Source: Octopus vulgaris (taxonomy: Eukaryota). Taken from it: a DNA stretch of 64,000 nucleotides. Of this stretch, positions 43,342 through 57,775 are shown piece after piece (the stretch's first letter is position 1; each line of letters starts with the position of its first letter). The stretch is taken from NCBI GenBank assembly GCA_951406725.2, contig OX597833.1, forward strand, positions 63,860,001 through 63,924,000. The letters run 5' to 3'. The notes below the pieces were generated by a model, which searched no databases, was not told where the DNA came from, and saw only the letters and a list, made by a program, of their open reading frames with translations. The position numbers were made by a program, and so were the translations under genes.

Positions 43342-44213
43342 TGTGTATGTGTGTCTGTATGTGTGCATATGTGTGTGAGTGTTTGTGTATGTGTACATGC
43401 ATATCTCCAAGCAAAACAGAAAGGGAAGTACGGTATTGGTTTTCTCTTACGTTCTTAAACGCTACTAAATACCACCAACCTCGCTATGAAACGATTAAAA
43501 AACACAAATACAAATACAAATACAACAACAAATTAAAGCAAAAAGAAAACAAAACACCGAGATGTATATAAGGGAGATAAATCTAGAGATAACATCGGAA
43601 CATGTTGACACAAACTGTTAAGAAAAACAAACCAAAGTAGAGTGAAGCCGTATTGATATTCGCAATTGTAAATATATAAGAGAGAAGTTAATCTCTTGTT
43701 ATCAAATATACTAAACTGAGTGTAAATGGGGGGACGCCATTTTTTATTTGTTCTCATTCCTTCGCGTCGAAGGAAATTTTTTATGTATTTATTGTAAGGT
43801 TCTTTCTGCATCTCTGTTTTTTTTTTGGTGTGTTAATTAATTCTCGTATTCATTTATTATTATTTATATGTTGTTTTTTTAACTTGATTTCCTGTTATTG
43901 CTTTATTTAAATAAAAAAAAAATTTATATTTAAAACGATTTAAATTCTATGGCTGTTCATTTAATTATAGAAATATCAGGTTCGGATCTGGAGGATTTTT
44001 ATAGAATGCTTTCATTGTTTCGGAGGTTCAGCAACGTCATTTCAGTGTGGAAATGATGTGCAAGTGTGTGTGTGTTAGTGTGTGTATACATTCGCATTAA
44101 TATATAGATGTACGCATACACACACATATGTATACATGATATATGTTTATACATACGTACATAGATATATAGATATATATATACATATATATGCATATAT
44201 AAATCTATATATG

Positions 44214-44259
<46 letters not shown>

Positions 44260-44564
44260 TATACATATATACATATAAATACATGCATGCATATAAATAT
44301 ATATATATGTAGATAGATATACGTATATATATATGTATATATATATATATGTATGTATATATATATATACACGCACTTGTCTATTATGTTATATATGTAT
44401 ATATATTTGTGCACATATATACATATACTATTATACATGCAAATATTCATACGTACATGTGTGTCTGTGTATGAGTGTATACATAGGCGTCTGTGTGTAA
44501 AGTATCAAATATGCAAATATGTCTTCCGAGTATATTTTAATCTCTCTATATAAGCAGACATATA

Positions 44565-44780
44565 AGGCATCGGGCTGGCAGAATCGTTAGCACGCTAGGC
44601 AAAATGCGTAGCGCTATTTCGTCCGTAATAACCTTCTCAGCTCAAATTCTGCCGGGGTCGGCTTTGACTTTCATCCTTTCGGGTTCGATAGGGTATGTAC
44701 CAGAAGAACTCTGGTGATGATGTTCTTCTGCTCTCCTTCTCCTAAATTACTGGCTTCGTATCAAAATTTGAAATTAGCGT
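44565..44780 (+). mobile_element. Diverged SINE B-related copy
   Basis: CTGGCAGAATCGTTAGCACG...CTTTCATCCTTTCGGG. Confidence 0.75.
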
Positions 44781-44913
44781 TAGCCATCATTGTTAAAGGC
44801 AGTGGACAACTGCCGTTAAAAACTCGCGAAGAGTTTAAACATACATAACAATTAGCCATTTTTTCTGCCCATTCCTATACATAACATATATTGTATATAT
44901 ATATACCGTTGTA

Positions 44914-45125
44914 AGGTGGCGAACTGGCAGAAACGTTAGCATACCGGGCGAAATGCTTAGCGGTATTTCCTCTGTCTACGTTCTTTATTCAAATTCCACC
45001 AAGTTCGACTTTGCCTTTCATCCTTTCGGGGTCGATAGATTAAGTACCAGTTGTGTACTGTGATCGATCTAATTGACTGGCCCCGTCCCTAAAAATTTCG
45101 GGCTTTGTACCTAGAGTAGAAAAGG
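44914..45125 (+). mobile_element. SINE B-related copy with an alternative tail
   Basis: SINE B head and body followed by AAAATTTCGGGCTTTGTACCTAGAGTAGAAAAG, the same tail type as the 14.5-15.4 kb array. Confidence 0.8.
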
Positions 45126-45611
45126 TGTATATACGATTGTGCGTGCGCGATTGTGTGTAATGTGGATATCATAAGGATTGTATAAATGTAGGTTAGAAAC
45201 CGGCTCTTTCTTCATTGGCAAGGAATATTGTACATATTCCCTACTCAAGACGCATTTTTCAGCTTGATACATATTATTATTGGAGCAACAGGATACATAA
45301 AAACCTCTCTGGAGGGAGGTATGGCTGAATTTTGGATCTTGGGGGAGAGGACGCAACTTCTTAATTCATATGTTACAAATGATCATGATATCTGGGACTA
45401 TAAAAATCTGCAACACCTTCTTCGGATTTAAAGGGTGATAGGCAAAATAAGGTGCTTCATTTACAACCTTTTATTAAAAAAGTGGCCGGTGGAAATTTAC
45501 ACTGAAATTAAAAAGGGGAAAGAGAATAAGCAAACAAACAAACAACCACATATATACACACATACACACATACATACACACACATATTATTGGGGCCCTG
45601 AGATATGTAAC

Positions 45612-46024
45612 ACGCTACCTAAATACAAATCTTGAGAAATTTGGTTTCTCAGAATCAGAGAGGAGAAAGCTAATTCGAAGAATTCAGACCCAATCCATCA
45701 CTGGAACTGTAAAAATCTGTAAAACTTCCAAAAGTTTATAATTTAAGTGTATATGAGCATGCCTAGATATGCAACTATATGCATAACAATACATACATAA
45801 AGCAAAGCATACAAATCTTCACATACATACATACATACATAGATACATACATACATACATACATACATACATACATACATACATACATACATACATGCAT
45901 AGTAACGAAAATACTCAATTGTTAATGTTAAAATTCCAATGAAGGAAGGAGCCTTGGAACTAGGTTAGAAACCAGCTCTTTCTCTATTGGCAAGAAATCT
46001 TGAAATAAAACTGTACAATGACAT
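45612..46024 (+). repeat. Second copy of repeat H with a short internal (TACA)n tract
   Basis: Homologous to 16341-17222; a further fragment lies near 45188-45227. Confidence 0.75.
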
Positions 46025-46329
46025 ACATACAATACATACACACATATATGCAGATATATATATATATACAAATACATTTGTATATAACTGCACACATATC
46101 TTCGACGTTCTGCATCTGTATACAAAAATACGCGTATATTTGTTTGCAAGTTGTTAAACGTTCATACAAAAACAGTCAAGCGCACTCATACACGTACGTA
46201 GATACACATACTTATATACTCCTAGGTAAACATACTACTTAAAAAATGATATCAGGAAATGCAATCATCTATCTCTAAGTATAAGTGCGAGTTTATATAC
46301 ACACGCATAAAACATACATACATGTATAC

Positions 46330-46398
<69 letters not shown>

Positions 46399-46402
46399 CA
46401 TA

Positions 46403-46439
<37 letters not shown>

Positions 46440-46757
46440 GTGTGTATATATGTGTATGTATATATATGTATACGCATTTAATTTGATTGCGTGAAGCCCT
46501 CCATGGAGGCAATATAAACCGGTGTCTGTGTGTCCTTGTACACACAACTGTATCGTAGCAATTTAGTGAAAGAAAATGTTATTTTAACAACTCCGCTAAC
46601 AGAGAGCGACTTAAATTTTTGTTTTGTCTGTTCGTCTCTTAGCATCTCAGATGACATTTAAGTTTCGCAAGAACATAAAAGATTAAAATAATACCAAACA
46701 TTTCTAGAGAATGCCGTTGATTGTATACTAGCAATAGGGTATATAATGTAACGTATA

Positions 46758-46805
<48 letters not shown>

Positions 46806-46917
46806 AGCTTACTCCCATACATATACACATGCATACTTGCATACATACATGCATACATACATATATGCATGCATGCATACGCGCACACGCACTCGCGCAA
46901 ACACACATGTATATAAG

Positions 46918-47077
46918 CGCAGGAGTGGGTGTGTATTAAGGTACTTGCTTCCCAGCCATATGGTTACGGGTTCAATCCCAACGAGTGGCACCTTCGTCGA
47001 GTATCTTCTACTATAACCTCTGGCCGACAAAAGCCTTGTGAGTGGATTTCGTAGACGGAAACTGAAAGAAGCCTGTC

Positions 47078-47109
<32 letters not shown>

Positions 47110-47325
47110 TATGTATATATTTGTGTCTGTGTCTGTGTTTGTCTTCTCTCATTCGTTTGACAAACGATGTTGGTCTATTTACATCTTCGTAACTTAGAGG
47201 TTCGGCAAAAGACACCGACAGAATAAATACTAGGCTTACAAAGAATAAGTCGTCGGGTTGATTTGTTCGACTAAAGGCGGTGCCCCAGCATGGCCGCAGT
47301 CAAATAACTGAAACAAGTAAAAGAA
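46918..47325 (+). mobile_element. SINE A, older diverged copy
   Basis: Head-to-tail similarity; followed by an inverted tail fragment. Confidence 0.85.
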
Positions 47326-47438
47326 CTTTACTTGTTTCAGTCATTTGACTCTGGCCATTCTGGAACTCCACCACAAACACCCCAACGCCCACACACAAAC
47401 TGTATATGTATGTATGATACATATATATATATATATAC

Positions 47439-47562
<124 letters not shown>

Positions 47563-47696
47563 TCACTGCGGTGGTATTTTGACCATATCGCACGAGGAGT
47601 TTTAGCCGGGCAATTTAAATTTGTCGTTTGCATACGTGCATATTTATGTATGTATATGTTTGTATATGTAAGTATATAGCATGTTGTATACATACA

Positions 47697-47821
<125 letters not shown>

Positions 47822-47842
47822 ATTTATGTGCTATCTGACTAT

Positions 47843-47901
47843 ATTCCACTGATGAAGGCAGAGCATTCCATATGCAGAGCCAGAAATCCGGGATCTGGAA
47901 T
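47843..47901 (+). ncRNA. Type I hammerhead ribozyme motif
   Basis: ATTCCA-CTGATGA-A-GGC...GCC-A-GAA-ATCC(G)GGAT-C|TGGAAT; 6-bp stem I; predicted cleavage after 47895. Confidence 0.7.
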
Positions 47902-48171
47902 TATCCAGTAATTTTTTTTTCCTAGTTTATTTTGTCTTCTCTTCTCTCCTGGTGCTGTACGAACATTTAATGCGGTTTTAAAGTCAAGTTTTTGGCTGCT
48001 ATTTCCAGCGTGGTGGTGTCTTTTGGATACCCTAAATTATAATTTTAATAATAATTACTACTTTTGAAGGTATTTATATGTAAGTATGTATGTATGTATG
48101 TATGTATGTATGTATCTATGTATGTATGTATGAACGTATAAATATATATATATATATATACACATATATAC

Positions 48172-48223
<52 letters not shown>

Positions 48224-48259
48224 TGGATAGAGAGGGAGAGAGAGTCAGATAGTTAATCC

Positions 48260-48305
<46 letters not shown>

Positions 48306-48308
48306 ATC

Positions 48309-48341
<33 letters not shown>

Positions 48342-49140
48342 AGAAACTGTGGTGATATTTGATTAACAACTGACGAGGGATTGAACATGTCCATGCTTCT
48401 ACTTTCATTTTCACGTAAATTATTTTAGCCTTCCTCTGTATTTTCTTTGCATAGTTTATGTATAAACGATATGTATACATGTATGTATGTATGTATGTAT
48501 GTCTGCCTGTCTATATACATAATAGAGAGTGTATGTATTTGTATGTATATAACAAGATGAACGTTAATGGTTATGGGTTAAATTTAATAAATGGATAAAT
48601 TCGAGATACGCTTAAGATTTGGTTAAAATTTCCGCAAGCCCTAATGTATTTGCATAAATAACGATTTAAATATAGGCTTGTGTTGAGTTTCGACTGGATT
48701 TAGATTAAAAATAATCATTAAAGATTAACATTTGCATAATAACGATTGAAGCTTAGTGTTCTGGAAGGTTTTCCATTGAACGTCGGTTAAATATTATCAT
48801 TAATGTTAGGATAGTATTAATAATTTTCAAAAATAGTTTAAGAAATAGTTTTAATGTTATGAAATAATCAATATTTGTATCGTTATTTAAAAAATGTTTG
48901 CTTTTATTTCGATTATTATTTGCAAATAATAAGCGAAATAAACAATCAATATTTTTTTGTCAATAATTTCTAAATTTGCATTAATTTCGCTATTGACAAA
49001 TGAAGAATAAAAATGGAATAAAAATCGCATAGGAAAAAAAATGACAAAGAAGATAAACAAACAATGGAATATTCTTTTAATTAATGAACTAAAAAAACAC
49101 CACATAATATAATATACATCCATACATCAGTGTTTATATG

Positions 49141-49172
<32 letters not shown>

Positions 49173-49176
49173 CATA

Positions 49177-49207
<31 letters not shown>

Positions 49208-49245
49208 GTATATATGCATATATATATACAAACATAGATACATAC

Positions 49246-49286
<41 letters not shown>

Positions 49287-49298
49287 TACAAATATATA

Positions 49299-49357
<59 letters not shown>

Positions 49358-49438
49358 TTGTATTCGAGTATATTGAGTGTAAGGAAAGTGGCGTATGCAT
49401 CTAAAATAATAAATAATAAATGCAGATACCGGGAAAAG

Positions 49439-49477
<39 letters not shown>

Positions 49478-49777
49478 TTATGCAAATACAGCCACAGACA
49501 CACACACATGTAAAAGTACAACATTAAACAACTCCGAAATGAAAGTGTATGAGAGTCAGAGAGAGTGACAGGAAATTAAAAATGACGATATTAAGCAATT
49601 TACTGTGAAATGAAGTTTTAAGAGTTCTCGGAAAAAACGTCAAACTACACAAAGAGTAAATAATCTGTATTTAGGAATTTACAATGGTCTTATTGCCTTT
49701 CCTTCGAAAAATGTCAAAATATTGATGAAATCAAATTCATATACACACACACACACACATTAACATCGATATATATA

Positions 49778-49823
<46 letters not shown>

Positions 49824-50001
49824 TGTATGCATCTTTGTATGTATGTATCGAAATTTACATAACGTGATGACGAAAATAGCAGGATTTAATTGCAGATTAC
49901 AACGTCAGTTTCTGCAACTGAAATGAAAATGAAGTTGCTGATAACAGTACAGTAGTTTTCAGCTCTACGTCATGAGGTAGTTAGCCAGATTATATTGGAT
50001 A

Positions 50002-50152
<151 letters not shown>

Positions 50153-50299
50153 CATAAATGAGGGCAAGGGAACAAAATTTCTAATGCCAAATATGCCGAA
50201 AGATTGGACATATTGTCCATTAACCATATAATTTTTTCACAATACGCACGCTACTCGAAAAAAGGTCGACAGAAACTCCTAAAAAATTCCATTAGTACC

Positions 50300-50354
50300 A
50301 TATCGGACCGATTTCAGAGTTAGCTACTAAAAGCCCTCTCTTCGTCAGTGATAC
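50300..50354 (-). ncRNA. Type I hammerhead ribozyme motif
   Basis: Minus strand GTATCA-CTGACGA-AGAG...CTCT-GAAA-TCG-GTC|CGATAT; the stem I closing pair is mismatched. Lies in a non-repetitive block (50150-50530) flanked by (TA)n. Confidence 0.65.
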
Positions 50355-50530
50355 ATGTGGCAAAAGAAATAAATGAGATACTTACTCATACCCATGGAAG
50401 AAGCGAACACTACGTCATGAGCACAATTAAGTACCCCAAATACATCCAAAATAGAAATACTCCAGCCCATTCGAGACACGTGCGATTTGAACTAATGCTC
50501 TCACAGAGTGAAAGAGTCCGGAAGTGAACT

Positions 50531-50591
<61 letters not shown>

Positions 50592-51671
50592 GTGTGTATC
50601 TATATATGTACATATGCACTGTACTTATTCCACGTCCCCTTAAATATATATATAATTATAAATAAATTTGTGTGTTTCTTAATTGGCTTACAAACACCTT
50701 CCACGCTGCAATTGTTTTCGTTCCAGCACACGATCTCAGATCAAATCACTTGCTATGCGAGTACATCTCCGTAATAAATTATCCGTAAGCTGTATTTGGA
50801 CTAGCGTTCATTAATTTTATTCGAGAAAAAATAATGTCATACGCTTATAGATATGGTATATTATACTTTGTATATGCATGCAGAAACTATTATGATGCAT
50901 CGTATATATTATTGCTTTAACTGAGCCGCATGAGCCGGATGAAAATGGGTGCTGGATGACGATGAGACAATCATAATTTTACGTAAGATGTAGCCGATGT
51001 CTTTGATACAAATGTAGTGGGCGATTACCTCTCCCATTCCTTTTCTTTACATCCACAATCTCACAGGTGTACACGTACATGTACTTACGTGTACTTGCAC
51101 ACATACACACGTGTTCACGCACACACAGACACGCATGCACATAACCTGTTATCTAGGGTCTATTTTATAGGGCACTTGCTGCAAGTGCCGCCGAATGGAA
51201 GTGGACCCGAATCCATGCGCTTGCAAAGCGAGCGAGCTTCAGTAACTTTTTCCGAGTATTTATATATGCTAGATGAAATTAAGTAAATATTACAAATTAT
51301 AATTCTCTCTTTGAATCGGTATTAGAGCGGTAGGCCGACAGTATCGTTTGCTCGTCAGACTACAAATATTAAGGTTCTGAGTTCAAATCATCATGCAGAA
51401 AACTTTGCTTCACACAACTCTGGGGTTCAATAAAGAAAACCATCACCCGATATCGTATATGAAATATGTCGACCGGTTCAATTAACGGTGTCTCCTTAAA
51501 TTTCATAATACTTTCTAATATAAGCATAAAACCTGACATTTTGGGATAGGACACTAGTCGACTACACCGGTTATCGAGTGGGAGGGGGGTAGAAATACAA
51601 CACAACTAGGAAGAAGCCCCCTTCCCATACATACATATACATAAACAAACACACACATATACACACATATT

Positions 51672-52050
51672 CTTTTCCGTTTCAGTCATGTGATTGCCGT
51701 CATGTTGGAGCACTGACTTTTAGTCGAACTAAAAGAACCCAGGACTTATTTCTTAAGCCTTGTACTTATTCTATCGGTCTCTTTTGCCGAACCGCTAGAT
51801 AACGGGGATGTAAACACACCAACACCATTTGTTGAGCGGTGATGGGAGGACAAACACATAAAAAAAGCACACGCATAGATACATAGATATATTACGATAG
51901 GCTTCTTTCAGTTTCCGTCAACCAAACCCACTCACAAGGCTTTTGTCGACCCAAGGGCTATAGTGGGAGACACTTGACCAAGGAGCAACGCAGTGGAACT
52001 AAACTCAGAACCATATGGTTGGGAACCAGGATTCTTACCACACAGCCACA
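51672..52050 (-). mobile_element. SINE A, diverged
   Basis: Reverse complement similarity to SINE A along its length. Confidence 0.8.
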
Positions 52051-52078
52051 CCCATATGTGTGTGTGTGTGTGTATGTG

Positions 52079-52110
<32 letters not shown>

Positions 52111-53139
52111 AGTGTGTGTGTGTGTTTGTGCGTGCGTGTGTACATTCTTTAATTTCATCAATCAAACCAACTGATAAGTCTTTGGTCGGCTCGGGAATAT
52201 AGTAAGAGATACTTGCTGGAGGTGGTGCACAGTGGGATTGAAACCAAGTTCTCATGGCTGTTAAATATTGTGTAACCACGTTCAGTATACTCATGTTGAA
52301 TATACGGGTGACCCGCACACAACATAGCTCCAAAATGTATGCTCAAAATGGCCTTTGCTTGGCACTGTTACCAAATAACCGAAACGAGTGGAATTGTTTC
52401 AAAAATAATCAACTCAACTTATAATTGGACGGTTTCGCAGTCAGAAACACACACATACAAATATTTCGAACGCTTCATTATGTTTCCATTTCAATAAATG
52501 GTGTCTGGTTAAAACAATTAAACAGTATTTCAATTACACGGTAATTAATATGGCAGTTAATTATAAAAAAAAATATAAGATGAAATAGTATAAAAAATAT
52601 TTACATAAAATAAATACATGAAGAAGATATTTGGACAATGCAATAATGATAATGGTTTTTGCCGTTCTTGTGTTGTATTTATTATTTAGCATCAGGGTGG
52701 AACCGGTCTGGAAAACCGGTGGTTAAACGTATTTTGGCCGTGACCATCGCGACAGTTACCAAAGTGCAGAGAACCTATAATAGTTTTATATTATTCAAAA
52801 ATATGTTTTAGAGTATGTCGTGGAAGATGTGGGAGTTCGAAGGACCTCTAAGATTTCCCCTCTTTAGCTGGTGAGAAGGAAAGCGTTTATGATTTTGGTG
52901 AGGAATGGTGTTCAGTATCGATGACCCTTGTAGGAGAAGAAAAACGGGAACATCGTGATATGTGTAAAAAGTAAATAAATAAATAAAACGGAAACACGCG
53001 AAGGTAAAACAGATATTTGAACAACCAAATCCAATATTCTGAAATTTAATGTCATTTAAGGTTTTTTTTTTAACATTCTTCATCGTTTGAAGCTTTCCTT
53101 GTCTGTGATTTCGTTAAATTTCCTATTTATGCTTTTTTT

Positions 53140-53388
53140 CTTTTACTTGTTTCAGTCATTTGATTGCGGGCAAGCTGGAGCACCGCTTTTGGTCAAGGAA
53201 ATCGAACCCCTGAACTTATTCTTCGTCAACCTAGTACTTATTCTGTCGGTCTCATTACAGTTCAGTTACAGGGCGGTAAATACACCAGCATTGGTTGTCA
53301 AGTGATGCTGGGGTGATAAACACAGACACACAAACACACACACACACACACACATACACACACACGCACACACACACACACTCACACT

Positions 53389-53437
<49 letters not shown>

Positions 53438-53602
53438 GACGGGCTTCTCTCAGTCAGTTTCCGTCTGCCAAATCCACTCACAAGGCTTTGGTCGGCCCGA
53501 GGCTATAGTAGAAGACACTTGCCCAAGGTGCCACGCAGTGGGACTGAACTCGGAACCATGTGGTTGGTAACAAAACTACTTAGCACACAGATACTCCTAC
53601 GC
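53140..53602 (-). mobile_element. SINE A, full length
   Basis: Reverse complement of head to tail. Confidence 0.88.
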
Positions 53603-54689
53603 TTATTTAGTTTGATTTATTTCAAATAAATGTTGGTTTTTATTTCAGAATGAATAAATCGTCATTTTAATGTGATTGAAACCAGTAGAATATCTTGATG
53701 AAAATCCAAAATTCTTTCGGACTTTTATCCATGGAAAGGTCTCATAAATATTTTCCTTCTAATCTTTTAATGCACACACACACACACACACACACATACA
53801 CACATACACACCCCCCACACACACACACACGTACACACATGCACACATATAAACATACACACATAAATAATCATAAAATCAGGATGTATGAGATGTGAAT
53901 TTAGATTTATTATTTCTATACGATTTCCTTATGATAAAAACGTTTCATAATAATGAAATACTATTAACTTTAGCATTCCATATTAATATGTACATTTTAC
54001 ATCAATACACACACACACACACACATATATACATATATATTATATACACAAATATATCATATATATATATATATATATATGTGTGTGTTTGTGTGTGTGT
54101 GTGTTGTATAATATAAGGAGTAATAGAGAAAACAATCTAATTGGTTATTCAGAGACTCAGGGTCGAAACTCCATTATTTCCTTCTCATGTAAATATTTAC
54201 TACCAGTGTATCCTTGATTTTCGGGCGTGTAGACTACATCGTAAAATTGCTTTGAAATTTAATTATGTGAACTGATAGCTGATTCTATGCAGGTATGCTT
54301 ACTGTGAGTTCTACTTCATTTCCCGAAACCAATTTTCTACTTTATTTTAATATTTCTATATGTAGGCGAACGCTGGAATATATTACAAACCTTACTGAAT
54401 AAGGACCAAGTATTTTAGGTCCGATTTGCATAACATAATAGAGATAGTGTTCCATTTGTAATTTCGAATTTTATATTTTTTCTTTATAATTTCGAAGTGT
54501 GAGAAGAATTCACAAATTTCAAAATTCGAATTATAGTCTCATCCATTTTTGTATTATTGGAATGAAAGTACTTTGCATGAATTTGAATAAAACCCATATC
54601 TTTACAGTAGAGATCACGTAGAATAGAAAATATTTTGAAATTTTGGTACAATACAAACAATAGTTTGTGTAAGTCAGTAGAAAAGTTAG

Positions 54690-55451
54690 TTGACCCCCCA
54701 GTGTCCAGTTGGTACCTTTTTATCGACCCCACAAGGATAAAAAGAAACAGTGACCTCGGTGGAATTTGAACTTAGAACGAAAAAATGAAATGCTGTTAAG
54801 CATTTTGCCCGGTGTATTTAAGATTCATATTTCTTTATTGCCCACAAGGGGCTTAATAGAGAGGGGACAAACAAGGACAGACAAAAGGATTAAGTCGATT
54901 ACATCGACCAGTGCATAATTGGTATTTATTTAATCGACCCCGGTGGAATTTGAACTCATAACGTAACGGTAGACGAAATACCTATTTCGTTACTACCCAC
55001 AAGGGGCTAAACGCAGAGCGGACAAACAAGGACAGACACACGGATTAAGTCGATTACACCGACCCCAGTACGTAACGGGTACTTAATTTATCGACCCCGA
55101 AAGGATGAAAGGCAAAGTCGACCTCGGAGGAATTTGAATTCAGAACGTAACGGCAGACGAATACCTATTTCTTTCCTATCCACAAGGGACTAAACACAGA
55201 GAGGATAAACAAGGACAGACAAACGGATTAAGTCGATTATATTAACCCCAGTGCGTAACTGGTACTTATTTAATAAGGCAAAGTCGTCCTCGGCGGAATT
55301 TGAACTCTGAACGTAACAGCAGATGAAATACCTATTTCTTTCCTACCCACAAGGGACTAAACACAGAGAGGACAAACAAGGACAGACACGTAGATTAAGT
55401 CGATTATATCGACCCCAGTGCGTAACTGGTACTTATTTAATCGACCCCGAA
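54690..55451 (-). mobile_element. SINE B multimer (about five units, 5'-truncated)
   Basis: Junctions near 54826, 54981, 55164 and 55331; abuts a SINE C 3' fragment at 55457-55528. Confidence 0.85.
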
Positions 55452-55873
55452 ATGACGAAATTTCACGGGCAGGCTGTTCTTTTGGGTGGATTAACCGGAG
55501 TCCTCGTCATCGTAACCGACGGAACGCCAATATTATATTGGAAAAATGTTTCAAAGAAAATGCCAGAATGTTTAACAAGTCTATTGAAAATTCAATTCGT
55601 TGGCTAAACGGCGATATTGTGGACAGCATCATACAAAAAAGTATCCACATTGGAATTTTAAATAAATGTTAATTTTTATCTGAAATTTCACAACAAAAGA
55701 CTTGTCAAGCATTTGAATGATATCCCTTATCTTTGTGGAAAATATTGAAATGGTATTTATTTTCAGACAACCACACACACACACACACACACTCGTACAC
55801 ACACACACACACTCATACATACACGCACACACACCCAAGCAAGCAGATGTATGTACGTATATATTTGTGCATG

Positions 55874-55908
<35 letters not shown>

Positions 55909-56484
55909 TGTATTTGTATGTACGTTGATTAGCCACATCCATATATGCATGTGAGTGTGTGTGTGTGTGCATATATATATATGTGTGCATTTGTGTGTGT
56001 GCATATATATATGTGTGTGTTTGTGTGTGTGTGTGTGTGTTTGTGTGTTTGTATTATTATGTTTATACATATACTTCTATGCACAATATACAGACATACA
56101 TTCAGAGACACATACAAATACACACACACACACACACACACACACGTACGCGCGCACAAACACACACATAATATTAGTCTATTATCTTTTCAACTTTTTC
56201 CCGAATAAACTTGTGAAAATGTCTACGAGTGTATCGGTGCATTGTTGTGGCGTTTTGTATTAAGCAGCGAGTAATCGTGGGAACAAATCTCTAACTAAGA
56301 ATAGCATCATCACCGAATTTCAGAATGGTTTAATGGTTAATTGATAGTTCGTTCCACGTGTTTGGTATCTCTGCAGCTTCTCTCGTTCTTGTGAATTGTC
56401 TTACAAGTCCATTTCACTGGAAGGACCACCTTCGGTCATGAATGGCACCTAGAAAGTTCCTCTCAGTGGTAGAAGTCTGGACAA

Positions 56485-56734
56485 TGCAGTTCTATATTCA
56501 AGAGATGAGGAATTATGTACATTATTTACATTATTTACATTTGACGGATATCTGTCCTCATCTTCTTTGTTGTTAACACAACGTTTCGGCTGATATACCC
56601 TCCAGCCTTCATCAGGTGTCTTGGGGAAATTTCAAACCTGGGTTATCATTCCTAACTTATTTTTCGGTGTTCTTCTTCTTCTTCTTCTTCTTCTTCTTCT
56701 TCTTCTTCTTCTTCTTCTTCTTCTTCTTCTTCTT

Positions 56735-56822
<88 letters not shown>

Positions 56823-56940
56823 GTAGTAGTAGTAGTTGTAGTTGTAGAAGTAGTATTAGTTTTCAGGTCACTGCCTGGAATCGAACTCGGAATCTTTGGT
56901 TAGTAACCCGCGCTCTTAAGCTCTACGCCATACACCCGTG
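56485..56940 (-). mobile_element. SINE F: tRNA-like head, microsatellite body and hammerhead-containing tail
   Basis: A box at 56920-56930, B box GAGTTCGATTCC at 56877-56888, HHR at 56575-56620, and a degenerate TSD GAAGTCTGGACAA (56472-56484) / GAAATCTGGGCAA (56941-56953). Confidence 0.75.
56575..56620 (-). ncRNA. Minimal type I hammerhead ribozyme (dimer type)
   Basis: GACAC-CTGATGA-A-GGCTG(GAGGGTATAT)CAGCC-GAAAC-GTT|GTGTT; loopless palindromic stem III (AACGTT). Confidence 0.75.
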
Positions 56941-57266
56941 GAAATCTGGGCAAGATTGTTTAAGGAGGACCAGCAGTTGTCCATGCATACCACCCTCTCC
57001 TCTCCTTGCCGCCGATATTATCCAAGGGAAAGGCAAAGGTCGATACAGCTTGGTTGTCTGTGACGTCGCAATTCATTTCTACAGCCGTGTGAACTGGAGC
57101 AACGTGAAATAAAGTGTCTTGCTCAAGAACCCATCACATATTCTTGTCCGAGAATCGAACTCGTTACCTCATAGTTTTGCTCCCGACGCTCTAACCACCT
57201 AGCCATGCGCCTTCATTACTCTATATTTGTCAATCCCGGAGTGATGAAAGACAGTTTAACACCTAT

Positions 57267-57775
57267 TTCTTCACTACCCACAAGCGGCTAAACACAGATA
57301 GGACAAACAAGGACAGACAAACTGATTAAGTCAGAATGTAGCGGCAAACAAAATACCTATTTCTTTACTACCCACAAGGGGCTAAACACAGAGGAGACAA
57401 ACAAGGACAGACAAACGGATTAAGTCGATTATATCGACTCCAGTGCGTAACAGGTACTTATTTAATCGACCCCGAAAGGATGAAAGGCAAAGTCGACCTC
57501 GGCGGAATTTGAACTCAGAACGTAGCGGCAGACGAAATACCTATTTCTTTACTACCCACAAGGGGCTAAACACAGAGGAGACAAACAAGGACAGACAAAC
57601 GGATTAAGTCGATTATATCGACTCCAGTGCGTAACAGGTACTTATTTAATCGACCCCGAAAGGATGAAAGGCAAAGTCGACCTCGGCGGAATTTGAACTC
57701 AGAACGTAGCAGCAGACGAAATACTGCTAGGCATTTCGCCCGGCGTGCTAACGTTTCTGCCAGCTCGCCGCCTTA
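57267..57775 (-). mobile_element. SINE B trimer with a 16-bp TSD
   Basis: Units restart at 57357 and 57541 (184 bp apart); ACAGTTTAACACCTAT at 57251-57266 versus ACATTTTAACACCTAT at 57776-57791. Confidence 0.88.

Larger units (their letters stand above)
56422..57215 (-). mobile_element. SINE D, full length, interrupted by element F
   Basis: tRNA-like head on the minus strand (GAAGGCGCATGGCTAGGTGGTTAGAGCG...GAGTTCGATTC); both ends match 27210-27439. Confidence 0.8.
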
